A stretch of 64,000 nucleotides of DNA from Bugula neritina (Eukaryota; Animalia; Bryozoa). Each line of letters begins with the position of its first letter. Position 1 is the first letter of the stretch. Made by a program: the position numbers and the translations under genes. Positions 52,701 through 64,000 of this stretch are shown piece by piece. The notes under the pieces were generated by a model that ran no database searches, was not told the DNA's origin, and saw only the letters and a list, made by a program, of their open reading frames with translations. The DNA lies in the NCBI GenBank assembly GCA_964035545.1, contig OZ037765.1, forward strand, positions 11,914,698 to 11,978,697, written 5' to 3'.

Positions 52701-55700
52701 AGCGGGTTAAAGTTGAGAACATAACTTCTTTTGTTACATTTCTAATTTAAAACACAAGCTCCATTGCTTCACCTACTCTAAAACATTCCTTCGACATTCA
52801 TAGTAAACCTACCTGAATGGAAGGCATGGCTGTCTGTTTGTCACACCATGACTGTAGCCACTGAAACTTCACACCAAGTTTCTGATATCTCTCCGACAAT
52901 CTAATGTTTTGAGTCAAAAGAAGCAAGCTGGGTGCAGGTAAGAGTAAATCTGTTAATGTTTTACTGACAGACTCTCTTTTTGTCTCTGTAAATAAACAAA
53001 TTACTTTTGACAGGTGACTACTGGTCAATCAACTACCGAAATTATATTTTACAATTTAACCATTATAAGCTTTATGAGTTACCTGACCCCAATATATTTT
53101 TGATCACATAGGAAAGTTTTGAATATACACAATTTGTGTAGCATAAACCTATATGTACTATAAAATAGTATATTTAAGATATTAGAGGGCAAAACTGTTC
53201 AAAAGAATTATTTATATTTTAAAATTATGCCATTAGTTATTTGTTCAGGCATATTATAAAAGCTATTTTTCTAATGTAAAGAAATAATTTCATCCTAGAT
53301 AAAGTGAGTACGTCTAAAACCCTTTAAATGTACAGTTACACATCATGTGCAATCTGGTGGTGCTATATTGTTTATATTAAAAACACGTCTTCATGTTTAG
53401 AGTGTTAGATATGAGATAACTTCCAAAATTGCCACACCTGTACCCTTCAAAGATCATCAGCTGTTCCATGGCCTTAAACTAATACTAATGTTCACAATAC
53501 GCCATCAATATTTTAAATAGCATAATACACACACATTACCTGAGAATGCGCTGTCAGGATGACCTCCTTTGACTGCCACCCCTAACTTCCTCATTTGCTT
53601 TAACGTTTCCTCTTCACTAACCAACCATCTTTTCTTCCGGAACATTCCAGACTTGTTGGAGGTTTCTTCATGAGATACATTCTGCTCATCAGATGAGACA
53701 GAGGGTTTATAGCCCTCACCTGAACATCAACAACAGAAATTACTTGGCAGCATCAATGGTTAAACAATGTCTCATCTATACCACCACCGCTGCCACCACC
53801 ACCACCACCACCACCAACACCGCCGCCACCATGGTAACACATCATTCTAAGCAATATACACTAACATAAGGAACATCACCTATTTAACTTATTATTAAAA
53901 ACAACCTTCTTTCTTTTAAACAGTTTAAAAGAAGGAAGGAGATAATTTGGGAGAGCATTTAATTTTCACCTAAAATATTCACACAAATGTACAAAACTTT
54001 CCATTTGAAAGATTTAACCAATGATAATAATAAATACTTTAAATATAATCCTATAATCTCTTATAATTAGTTGGTCACAAACTTCAAACAAATGTCTACA
54101 TTGCCACAAAAAAATGTAAAACTGCAGTTGGACAGATATTTACACTAAGTCAGAAACCAATCATCAAACTATAACTGTGCAAGCAATGCCACAAGTCTGT
54201 AGATCTCTAATGCTACCACTGACCTGCTTGATATTGCTGCAGTGACTGGTCTAACTTGTCATTATTCTGTTTGAAAGAGAGGCTCAGTCGGCTGAGATGC
54301 ACTTGCTCTAACGCCTTCCTGTTGGTAGCTACAAGTGCCGGAGCTTTAGCAGTCCCGACAGTTGGAAGAGAGGACTGGAAGGAGATGGAAAAGAACAGCT
54401 CCAAAAACTGCACATACGTCGAGTCAAACTCGAAGGGCCGCGTGCCGACAACTCTGTGCCCTTGCTGAGTACTAAACACATTTTTCTCAATGTTGCGTTG
54501 ATCGGGTCGGTTCTCGAAGTTGTTGCAGCACTCAAAGTAGTACATACTCAGAGACCTGTGATAGCATAGAGCAAGTGTAAAAACTCCTCTCCTAAACAGA
54601 GGCAATCAATAGTACAAACAGCATACTAGAAATTCCTACACATTAGGCTATAATACCTTTGAAGTTTAGGTCAAAATCTAATGTAAAAATAGTCAAAATA
54701 CTTTAATTAATATTTTTATACGTTGTTATGTAATTTTTAAAGACAAAAATGTTTCTTACCAATGCTGTAAAATAAAATAGAAACAGCCAAGTCTATATTT
54801 TATTAACAAATTCACTGAATATGTCAGAAGTAGTTTAAAAATTCCAAACGACATTGCTTTGAGTTTCAATCACTAATGTATCCCACTACACATATTATAA
54901 TGACACTACAGACGAATGCTTTTCACAAATATATAATGAAAAACTGGTACGATATGTACTTAAACTGAGAAATTTAGTTACCAAGTTAATGTGATAAGCA
55001 TTATTTTAGCTTGATCTATAAAGAATAAAATATTTTGCTAATAAAGTTGTTGTACTATGGTGTAGTGTAAAAAGGTTTCTTGTTGTTTCTATAAGGCTCG
55101 ATTAAAAAGATAACACAACATGCTGATAGCATGTTGATAGTATGTTAATAGCATGTTGATAGCATGTTGATAGCATGTTGATAGCATGTTGATAGCATGT
55201 TAATATTTCTCACCGTGATGTATGAGGGTCCAGTTCTACAGCCTGCCATGTCTGCAACAAATGATCCATGCGATCTTTCACTTCTGGAGCTAAGGAGTCA
55301 ATATCTGTAATACCCTGTGACAACTTTCTAGCTAGCTTCGCAGTAGCAGGTAAATCTTCGCATATGGATATTATAACCTGCAAGAAATCAACTAGCAAAT
55401 AAACTCATGTGGGTTTATAGTCGCCATCCCTGTGAAAATCCCTGATCAAAAGAAATTTTTAAGCGGGCTAAGGACTTGTTTTCCATTGTAGCAAAAGAAG
55501 AATTATGACTGAACGCCCTTTTTAACATCAATGACCTTTACTGGGATTCGAACTACTAAACTTGTGTTTACTAAGCCAGTGCTCTAGCTACTAGACCACG
55601 CTGCTCCTAATTGCAACTAGCAAATACCACACAGATATTCTAATTAGGAAGTTCTATAAAAAAGATTAAATTCAAATAAAAGTGATAATGTTTAAAAAGA

Positions 55701-58700
55701 ATAATAAAGATGGTCTGCAAATTAATGCAAAAACGAAGAGAAACGAATTTACCTCACATAGTGTGTTAGTACATTGCAGATAGTGAGCAAATGGTAAATA
55801 TCTCAAACACCAAGTAAGTGTTTTCTCCAGGTGTTTGTTTCTCAATCTCAGGCTTTCTGAGTCATCAGCCTAAAAATGTATAGAATATCCTCGCTAGTTT
55901 GGCATTATAAACAAAGGTGCAATAGAATATTATAGATTCTATAAAAAACAAACCAATAATATTTCATGAGTGTAAAAACTAAAGCTATGTTAAGTTTTTA
56001 TATGGCCAACTTGATGGAAATCATCTATAAGCAGCTCCGAGTTGGAGGTGAATGAGTGCAGTAGTTTGGAGTTCTCAAGTTTGAAGTTGGGGGTTTAAAG
56101 TTCCAACTCTAACACCCAACTTGAAACTTGAGAACTCAAAACTCAGTCACTCCCAACTCGGAGCTGCTTGTAGAAAGATTCAACTTGATGAGTTTATGTT
56201 GTAGAATACAGTAACAGAAGACATGGAATATGCCATATGAGGCACAAGGCATATTCAGTCAACCTACCTGGGTGCCTACGGACACCTGGTGCTGCAGAAG
56301 TTTGGTTGACTTCCTCAAAGTGATACATAGTTGGTCTCTAACGTACACCAGCCACAGAATGCTACAGACATTTCTAAATATAGCCAACACAAGCTTGTTG
56401 TGTTTATCACTCTCCGACACATGGTATGGTGAATACACCTCCAGAGATTTGCTGAGAGTCAACTTCTTTTTCTATACAACATACTGCCAGTTTATTACAA
56501 ATACGTTATTTTATTTTAATTAACATTAGAAAGTATTCAATGCACAGCGATTAGCCAAACCAATGATATATTGTAAATGTATATAACTTCAAATACAGGG
56601 GAAAAGTGAATTTTAAACCCTATAAAGACTTGAAAAAAGTAATTAGAAAAATTTGAAATAACAATCATGTATATCAACATATTACATTAGTTGTAGCCTA
56701 CATGCACAACTACTGACCAGAAACATATGTATGCATACACTCAAATTAAACTGCAACTATTATAACTATTACAAAGTTTTACATTTACATATTCGAAGTG
56801 ATAAGCTATAAGTATAAGTTATGTGTAACCGCTTACCTTTTCAGTTTCTTGTTTCTTCCAGACTTGAGACATACTTCTGATTAGCCAGCCACAGCAAGGC
56901 AGATCCATGTTAGTAGCCACTAAGAGATTGATTGTAGTATGTACAAGAGAAGATAACTTTTGCCTTGTTGCTAGCTCAGTAAGAAGATCGTCTGAGGATT
57001 CCTGATTAACCACAACAATATTCAACCATGCAATATAAATTGAACATTCTAATTTATAAAAAAAAATTGTTCAAGTACTACAACTATGCCAAATCCTTAT
57101 TTGAAAACTGACAGTAAACAGCAAATTGGAGTAATCCAAGAAAATGATATTCTTAAAAAAATCATGTAATAACAGAGGTACAAAAGAACTTGAAGATGAT
57201 CAACAAGTTTACCCATCATACACTTCCAGTACTCACCTCAACACTGGTTGGCACCTGCGGGCAGAACAGCTCAGGGTGCGGCAAGTATAAGTCATTAGGA
57301 ACAAGAGAAGCTAATTCAACAACTACAGTCTTAATCTGCTGCCAAAGATGAGTTAATTGTGTAGAGAGACAAGGCAAGCCAAACAGAGCAGCTGGTACCA
57401 TCAGATTGTGCATAGTAGACTGGGCACCTGGACCTATCTCTACAGTGTCTACAAAAACACACCCTAAACTTCAAACTACATTTAAAAGAGTTTCAGTAAT
57501 AACTGTTTTCAGAGTTTAGCAAAAGCAAACTGTAAGCTGCCCAACTAAAATAGTAGGGCCAATTTTGATTGAGCTCCATTTCGTAATCTAGAAGGAATTT
57601 ATTCAATCAAAAAATAAAGCTGATCAGTTGCATGTACTAGATTTGAGATTCGGCTTGGAGGCTGGTGAAGAAAGTAAACTATTAAGGTCTGAAAGATTCC
57701 TTTCTGAGATATTGAAACTGTAGTAGCTTTTTGGATAAAGTAATAAATTATAACATTTGTTGAAGAATAAGCAAACAATATTTTTGGTAGAGCTAATCTC
57801 ATTGCTGGGCATCAGTTGAGTATTAGTATGACTCAATAGTTATTCAATAACTGATGTTGGAAGCTAGTCGGTGAGTAATTAGTTGTGTAATGATGGTGAA
57901 TCACAGTCACATATATCTGTGAGAACCTTTCTGGTAAAGCTTTTAGTTTGGTTACTGACTACTTTAAACAATGCTAAAAACATGGCCTGGGAGCTTTTGA
58001 AGTAGTGGAGGAGAAATTTCACAAATTTCTCTTCCTGAAATCACCAATAGCCTTGATAAGGCTTGATCTATCAGCCTAGACCTGTGCCATACTAACTTTC
58101 TAACTAGCACCTTTAGCCACAGTTTTTTTAATATCAGAGACACTAATACTGGGTATTTATTGTTGAAGTAATGCATTGTGATTACTACTAACATGGTTAT
58201 AAATGCTTTTATTAAGTAAGAGCAATGCTGATTATATAATAAAAGGTATTCTTTCTAACTTCAAATTTTAATTATGGTTTGCTGTAAACCCTATCTTTCT
58301 AGTTTTTTAGCTGTATGTTGACAGATTGAGTAAATTAAAACATTTATCAAATTTATCAGAATCTCACAAACAAGTGTCTTACCTGACAAGACATTTCTAA
58401 ACATTTCCTCATGAAGAGCTTGAGGTTGCAAAGCTTGAGGCAGAAGTGTGTTTACTTTATACCTACAAATACACACCATCTACTATACTACACCAGTAAA
58501 CTCTAACATACAGTATACAGTAGTATGCTATATATGCATGTGCGTATAGCAACTCATGTGCCAAACTATATGCAATGTACTATACTACAGCAATAAACCC
58601 TAACATACAGTATACAGTAGTATGCCATATATTTATGTATGTATAGCAACTTATTATATGCTAAACTATATGCAGTTTACAGACACAGACATTTTATTAT

Positions 58701-61700
58701 ATTAAAATGTTTTAATAATGCTTCTTGAATTTTATAGTAAGATACTAATGTTATATTATTTGTAAAAATTTCCAACTCTTCAACACTCCATCAGCCATGG
58801 ACATTGTTTTACATTGTTTCAACTTACAATCATTTAAACACATAATGATTATGTTTATTTTTATATCTAGAATAACTAACTTTTTAACATGTTTGAGAGA
58901 CTTATGGTGATCGGAGAGAACCAGACTGACACTGAAACAAGTCTTTACGTCTCCAACTGACTTGCAAAACCAGACGAGTTCAGCTACGAGTCCAGATATG
59001 AGGAGATATTTTACGGTAGAAGATACAGACCAGCTGTGAGTTGACGGCAGCCTAGAAGATGCCTCACTTATCAGTTCTCGACTCACACTGATCTTGGAGA
59101 CGTCTGCAACAAAGGGTTAGATCTGATTTACTTGGAAGAATTGTTCGGAGAAAACAAGTTCCTCTTGATGCAAAACTCGAATTCACTTATGCTTTTACAT
59201 AATAAATAGAGCATTGTTTAAAATGCCAAAAAAATTGATTTATTTTCTTCAAAAGAATAGCTAAATAGTATAACAAATAATAAAATAATATCAATGGCCA
59301 ATAATCGCTCCAAGTTATTTAGATGCAGATATTATTACTATTGTACATAATGAAATGGTAATTGTGCGGTATAAAATATATGTATAATTGTATAAAATAC
59401 AAGTAAATAATATAATTGCAGCACAAGTACATGGTATAGACTATAGACTGTGGGATAACTTACGATTAGAGTAGCCTGTGTACAAAGGTGGCAGAGAATG
59501 AGGATTGTAGGGAGGGAAGACATACAACGCACCATTTGCAAAATATCTTGCCATAAACCTGGCTAAGCTTTGTACTACTTTCTTCACTGCGGAGTTAGTG
59601 CGAAGACTCTTCACATTAAGGTACTCCTATCATATATATAATGTAATGTGTTATGGTCAGGTATATAAGATTAAACTGCTGGTTAAATAATAGAACTGTG
59701 AATGCTTGTCCATAGGATGAGATGTAACTATCTAGCAGGTCAGCTGTGCACACAGCTAATAGCAGGAAGTAGGTGCAGTAATGAAGGAAAGCCTGTGTTC
59801 TAGATTAGAAATATAGTAAAAGAAGTTATGTTATTATAAGAATTGTAACCAAATCCAAAGTGCATAAAAAAATTAAAAACTAGGGCTATCTCAATTTCTC
59901 CACTACTGCATCTACTGCAAGCCAATTCAGCAATGTGACTGTTACATAATGACTTATTTGAATTGGGGCAGATTATATAGATAACCACCTTGTCAGTATT
60001 ATGGTTGTGCCTTGCTAACTCTTCTGTAATCATACTCTCTGCAAACTGAAGAACTCCGCTAAGGTCAGCGTTACTTAGTTTACTGTAGAGTACTGCATGC
60101 AGAATATCTGACTGTCTCATTTTATGACATGCTGTAAAAACATATTAAATATTTCCAGTCTACAACATAACAATACAAACGTATAAATTATTTTGTGCAA
60201 AATTACAAAATAATTTATTTTCACATTTGGTTACCACACAAGGTATATTTTAATCACGCTAGACTTGCTCTTACTGGGGTACTTGTCAATCCACTTAGCT
60301 ACAGCAGCAGAGTGAAAACCTTCCAGGCACAGTATGTCACTGCTTAGCCATGAATCTGGTATCAAAGTCTGATGGGGTAGTGGGAGAGACTGCTGCACAG
60401 CCTGCAGAATTCTATGCAGAGGCTCAAGTTCTGAGTCTATGTTGCAATCTCTGTAAAGCGTATTGAGCCGAGTCTGTAGTTTCATGTATAAGGGAACCAA
60501 ACTGTAGAAAATATATTTATATTTATATTATATTTATATTATGTTATATTTATATCTGCGTTTGAGCAGAAGGATACAATCAACACACAGTCTCTGTCAC
60601 GCCTAACAAGGCAATTTACTTACTTAACTTTTATACAAATTAATTTCATTAAGAAAAATGCACACATACAAAGTTAATAAAGAGAGTAAAAAAACCATTA
60701 AACGTACCAATACTCGTTAATATAGAATATTTCATAATATGCACATTTCAAGAATTTAAGGAAGGTACCCATATTACATAAAGTGTGCAATAATTATGTT
60801 AGCTAAAAAATTAAATGAATGCTTACATCATGTTATTTATGCCTATTTAAGGGCAATAGATAGCAAAGAGTTATGAAGGCACTCAGTAATTCACACTATA
60901 AGCATATGAGTAAGATAAACATCTCATGTGTTGATAAGAAATGCACTCTGCAAACTCCAAGGAGTAATATAATAACTAACGCAAGCACATTGTATACGCT
61001 CTGCTAAATACCATTTAGAGATGAGAGATGCAGAGTTTACAGAGAGATTGACATGAGTTGATTGGGAAGACAGTAGGTCAACATCTTCAGATCTCTCAGC
61101 TGGTATGAGTCTCTCATGTGACGTGAAAGGATGACCAGTTACTTCATGAGCCCAGCACTGGTTAGATGAGCCCATAATATGAGAGCTTGATAAGGGTAAC
61201 ATGGAGTACGCCCTGCATAACAGAGTACCAAATACAAAGTAGAGCACACTCTAAATTGAAATAACTGTTGTCCACACTTGGGTATTTCTATGAGAAATAC
61301 AGCTGTTTTATGTCATCATTATTCTTAGTGGACTGATAATTTGTTGCATGTTTTGTTTCTTTAGTAATCTCTGCTTAAACATATATTTTCTAAGCCCGTG
61401 TACTTTGATTGGCTGAGCAATGTGAAAACCACATTTACGCACACTTATTGCAAGAGTTGTTGCCAACACATGTGACCAACTATCACATAATCTTTCCTCT
61501 GCTCCAATTAAGTACGTCTTTTCAAACAGCAAAAAAAGTCAAAGACCACCACTGTCAGAGTTTTGTGTCACAATTTTGTAAAAAAATGTAGCTACACTTT
61601 TCACAAAAATTTATCAAGTGCAAATGTGCTTAGCTAATAGGTTACAATCTACCAGTTCACAAGTATGAAAAACCTAGCAATCTGTTCACCAACACCTAAG

Positions 61701-63228
61701 CTAATTCATCCTTCCACTTCAAATATATTGTAGAGCATTACAAAGTACAATAAATAACACTTTGATGCAAGAGACCTTTTAGTGACACATAATTATATGC
61801 ATATTGAATTATAAAAAATATGACACTAACAGATGGAAAAGTAACCATACCATAGTAATACACAGAGCAACGTCAATACCTGGTCAGTATATTCTCACAG
61901 ACTCTAACAAGAACAAAAGCGATTTCCGATAATCTGACTCGGACATCAACAGCGTGACTGGATTCTTCTAGCAGGATACGTGTAATTAGACTGATCAGCT
62001 TCACACAAGACGGTAGGAGATGCTGACGATCTGAGTCTATTGTAACCATGGTAACCAGATTAATTGTGGTGTGCACCAGTTTCACAGCACTCCTCTGGAT
62101 GTTAGAAGGTAGAATGTGAGTTCGAATGAGCTGAGTGATCGTTTTAACAAGCTCATTAGACACATCTTTAAGTTCAGTCGACCATGAGTCAGAGGAGATG
62201 AGTAAACACCATACTTGGGCTAATGGGTGCAAGGCTGAGATGTTGAATTCATTATTTACGTTCGATTCAGATGATCTAGAGTCTACAAGACAAATACATG
62301 CTATTGTGATTTCTATATTCTTGTGAAATCCAACAGCAGACTGCTGAACCATTTCTAATCAAAATAGCAGACTGTTGAAATTTTTAAAACATGTTATTTT
62401 GGCTCACCTGTTCTTAAAAAACTTAGAAATTTAAAAAGCTTGAGCTATTTGTGTGTCAAAAACACCTAAATGGGTAAATAAAAGCACCAAGAAACTATTT
62501 CTGGCGACAAGAAATCAATAAAATCAAACACTATTCTCCAATACACACCATCGTTGGTAAGTGGAGCCACCCAAGAGCCAGTAACATCCTCTGTAACAAA
62601 ACTCATTTTCTTCTGTTGAATCATTCTAGCATCTGAAAGCAGCGCCATGGCCAAGGAGCGAGTAGTGATATCCTCAGGTATCTGATACATTAGCACCTTC
62701 CTCCTACATATATACAACATAGTTTGTAAGAAAATATACACAGTATTGATATGGTTATAACATTTCAGGATGTCACCTTTCTAAACAAGAGAGTTTATGT
62801 TCAGTCACTTACCCATCAGAGATGAGAAATCTCATCAAACATGAATGACAGCTGATAGATAGCTGACGGTCCATTACAGAGGAAACAGACAAGCTTCGGT
62901 TAAATCCTCGACTTCTTTGAGCACTACAGTATTTGTTATTGAGAAAATTGCATTTTGATCTATCACTTGCTAGGGTGTAGTAACATGGAACATAATTATA
63001 TGAGTGATTTTGTACATAATAAGCATAAACAGTATCAATGAGAACCTTATGACAGTTCGAGGTAATAGCAGGAGTAGATGATCAAATGCGCCTTCTGCAG
63101 CCATCTCTCCGGTAGTGAGATACAGTGGACTGCCTAGTCTAGACAATACAGCTACACAACCAGACTGTATAAGAATGATTAACAGAAGGCTGTTGTAGGT
63201 CCACTGTACATCGGCTATCCACAGCGGG
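37721..63228 (-). CDS. CPLANE1: CPLANE1 (C5orf42/JBTS17)-like ciliogenesis and planar polarity effector; 37 exons visible (~2400 aa), 5' end unresolved or outside window
   Basis: Exons (- strand): 63228-63046, 62923-62813, 62703-62549, 62282-61880, 61212-61012, 60501-60275, 60131-59989, 59626-59464, 59103-58881, 58462-58383, 57448-57237, 57001-56837, 56471-56268, 55869-55753, 55377-55214, 54591-54224, 53719-53540, 52985-52813, 52480-52269, 51576-51415, 50808-50587, 49503-49377, 49067-48382, 47830-47773, 47414-47249, 47019-46895, 46290-46132, 45835-45733, 45386-45298, 45044-44814, 43717-43446, 40481-40242, 39794-39587, 39284-39136, 38638-38535, 38285-37999, 37861-37721; phases chain to TAG. 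Blocks matching recalled CPLANE1: LWIADVQWTYNSL, VQSLARFMARYF..PPL, YLLISGLVAELVWFCKSVGD, LVPNDLYLPHPELFCPQ, WCLRYLPF, RREELGSWQRAHR..Y..E..RPF, C-terminal LDWDVVDEMVA. Confidence 0.85.
39298..39385. repeat. Degenerate 5-bp (TGGTA/TGGCA/TGACA) repeat next to an acceptor
   Basis: tggtatggtgcaatatggcatgacacagtatagcatggtatggtatgacatgac... Confidence 0.75.
40742..43045 (-). CDS. 767-codon uninterrupted ORF inside CPLANE1 intron 43445-40482; basic N-half, acidic Ser/Glu C-half (giant alternative exon or nested gene)
   Basis: A 2.3-kb open frame in AT-rich DNA is very unlikely by chance; the flanking exons (phase-2 donor at 43446, phase-2 acceptor at 40481) join in frame without it. Confidence 0.7.
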   Translation of the reverse strand: MMQLAQGRKPAQVTPSHFVSQSKLRSQCQKLQSAVKKPQFKRVETAFSSCKRGQRKWKPPSLKPTKPTSVVKKKECKSFSGIQQKSKSVKRMNYNNAGFHSPASKGTKVKKLRNNLRKVGGICKSDISLTISEEYEKQRRNSTMEILPRHNLRKKCKSTKNLPNKSTLSPNKNKEKHKKVAKKPISGPVSIKKLAKAQVAATERLSNPFYMRKEKPSIRTNLRPATASGKHRSCTELENKRKQSKSYKSDTNIDRNSVLPLISQFYSNNGHLLDEEEFTFWSHGDRKYQVIRPTQATKFKRHIPNGREFLRGYGNRVNVHTCQTCNHSKKVDTATSMPELKNEFTKNDSSSVLANSISLNSKAVSDTKVSPSISEIGLEQFVEETECVTPPSPSELNDPTPCELADVSKTFKNDLEEQEQTPTNPESLDNSLCQDKSINTEHHLLGIEKEKISREAQASASLLMECKNSDCQCDKIEFAEKMISCDQAIQTNDNNQIIDECEAACQWSSPLYEYDSFDKTEEADKQHTYLEQYTSTILCCENYRSKADCPPNSESLSIANKSVTYKFTNIGEIPVSDKSTMAYSADIEVNSTQEEASSNADPIESDQSVEISQAVSSTDHKKQGSPDIMPSSSESGSLLTSISSTHNTSKDASKISDDICEQSVIEPPCFAASPLPKDLEHINPLLSKTKLPPCPEYSLPLCDPPAYIAEDNHADEAFSKENDLDAALDIYQNYHARKTSECDMIIKQIRDLPLLYTKDPNGGGTLV
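48085..48372. repeat. 20-bp minisatellite x~14 (tatcatgcactaccatacac) abutting a CPLANE1 donor
   Basis: Period 20; ends ~10 nt from the donor at 48381. Confidence 0.9.
51897..52229. mobile_element. hAT-like MITE
   Basis: TIRs caggggtgtccca / ttggacagcccta; subterminal gggccac motifs; flanks gtctagag and gtctagac resemble the NTCTAGAN 8-bp target of Charlie-type hATs (left copy offset by 2 nt). Confidence 0.75.
53782..53831. repeat. (CCA)n degenerate microsatellite
   Basis: caccaccgctgccaccaccaccaccacca... Confidence 0.8.
55119..55205. repeat. 11-bp tandem repeat x~8 (catgttgatag) abutting a CPLANE1 donor
   Basis: Period 11; ends ~8 nt from the donor at 55213. Confidence 0.9.
55402..55613 (-). 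mobile_element. tRNA-derived SINE, family copy 2, with perfect 13-bp TSD
   Basis: TSD caactagcaaata at 55389-55401 and 55614-55626; B box gttcgaatccc; homologous to 26805 and 63270. Confidence 0.9.
56017..56181. mobile_element. Foldback/MULE-like MITE with 9-bp TSD
   Basis: tctataagcagctccgagttgg...ccaactcggagctgcttgtaga plus inner gagttctcaagttt/aaacttgagaactc inverted arms; direct repeat aacttgatg at 56008-56016 and 56182-56190. Confidence 0.8.
58483..58680. repeat. ~97-bp tandem duplication next to a CPLANE1 acceptor
   Basis: ctatactaca...taacatacagtatacagtagtatgc at 58483 and 58580. Confidence 0.85.
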
Positions 63229-63269
63229 CTACAAAATAGGAATGTTTAGTAAATTGACCTTCTAATATA

Positions 63270-63457
63270 AAACTCATGTGGGTTTATAGTCACCATCCAT
63301 GTGAGAACTCTTGGTGGAAACGATTTTTAAGCAGGCTAAAGACTTATGCATATGTGGCACAGGAGCAATTATAACTGAATGCTCTTTTTAACATCACCAA
63401 TGGCTTTTACTAGAGATCGAACTAAGCCAGTGCTCTGACCCCTAGACCACAGCAGCT
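63270..63457 (-). mobile_element. tRNA-derived SINE, family copy 3 (internal deletion in head)
   Basis: aaactcatgtgggtttatagtc...ggcacaggagcaattataactgaatgc...ctagaccacagcagct, homologous to copies 1 and 2. Confidence 0.85.
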
Positions 63458-64000
63458 TTTAATGCTTTTAAGATGTTAGAACTAACAAATGAGCAGAGCA
63501 CTTATCCATTTAATTTATCTTTCCACACTTTCATGAGAAGAGCTGTTTTAGTCTAAATATGATACAATCACATGATGTTATTATGCAGAAATCAACAACT
63601 TAATAATTTAAGTAAAAAGTTTTTCTAAAAGAACCAAACGGCATATTAATGACAGAAGCTCTTGAAAAAATTTTTGCTGCCAAAACTTATGCAAATACTA
63701 ACAAAGCTCGAGTTTACCAATTCTACTGAATCTTCGTAGCTTAAAAATAAGTGTGCTACACTAATAGGTTTACATTGTTGTCTACATTGAAGATTCTAAA
63801 AAAATGAAACAAGCCATTTCATCTTCTGAGCTCAAATTTGTTATAAAGGAAGTTCAGTATATAAGTGTGTCATCTTTTTACAGATAATATCTTGAAATGA
63901 TTTGAACTAAAATTGGTATACTTAATAAAATTTCTTGGTGCGCTTATAACTTGAGAATAAGAACAATTATATTATAATATAGTTATATAATATATTATAA

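Noticed and set aside
57964-58194. 76-aa ORF as a CPLANE1 exon
   Set aside because: Exons ending at 58383 and starting at 57448 join in phase 1 with continuous homology; no suitable donor.
61308-61532. ORF as a CPLANE1 exon
   Set aside because: Phase incompatible; 61880 joins 61212 directly in phase 2.
63640-63800. Next upstream CPLANE1 exon
   Set aside because: No phase-2 donor with recognisable homology could be found; left unresolved.

Overview
AT-rich, intron-dense metazoan (invertebrate-like) genomic DNA; no prokaryotic features. Exon chains were assembled by hand from GT-AG sites and phase continuity. Four genes are present: (1) the last exon of an upstream + strand gene ending in a GPI-anchor-like signal (928-1127); (2) a complete 15-exon SLC6/NSS amino-acid-type transporter on the - strand (13799..2176, ~689 aa) with several atypical binding-site and gate residues; (3) a complete 14-coding-exon X11/Mint/LIN-10 (APBA) gene on the + strand (24359..36016, ~966 aa; PTB-PDZ-PDZ-PxYI) with candidate 6-, 15- and 36-nt cassette exons; (4) most of a CPLANE1 (C5orf42/JBTS17)-like gene on the - strand (37 exons, 63228..37721, 5' end unresolved or beyond the window), with a 767-codon ORF inside one otherwise skippable intron. 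A decayed Glu/Lys-rich ORF region with a CCCC tail, tRNA-derived SINEs, MITEs and minisatellites fill introns and intergenic space. The most unusual signal is a set of minisatellites whose repeat unit is a splice junction. The clearest case is a 16-bp x ~61 array that places ~60 decoy TAG acceptors directly in front of the first PTB exon of Mint. Homology calls rest on recalled family motifs, not on database searches.
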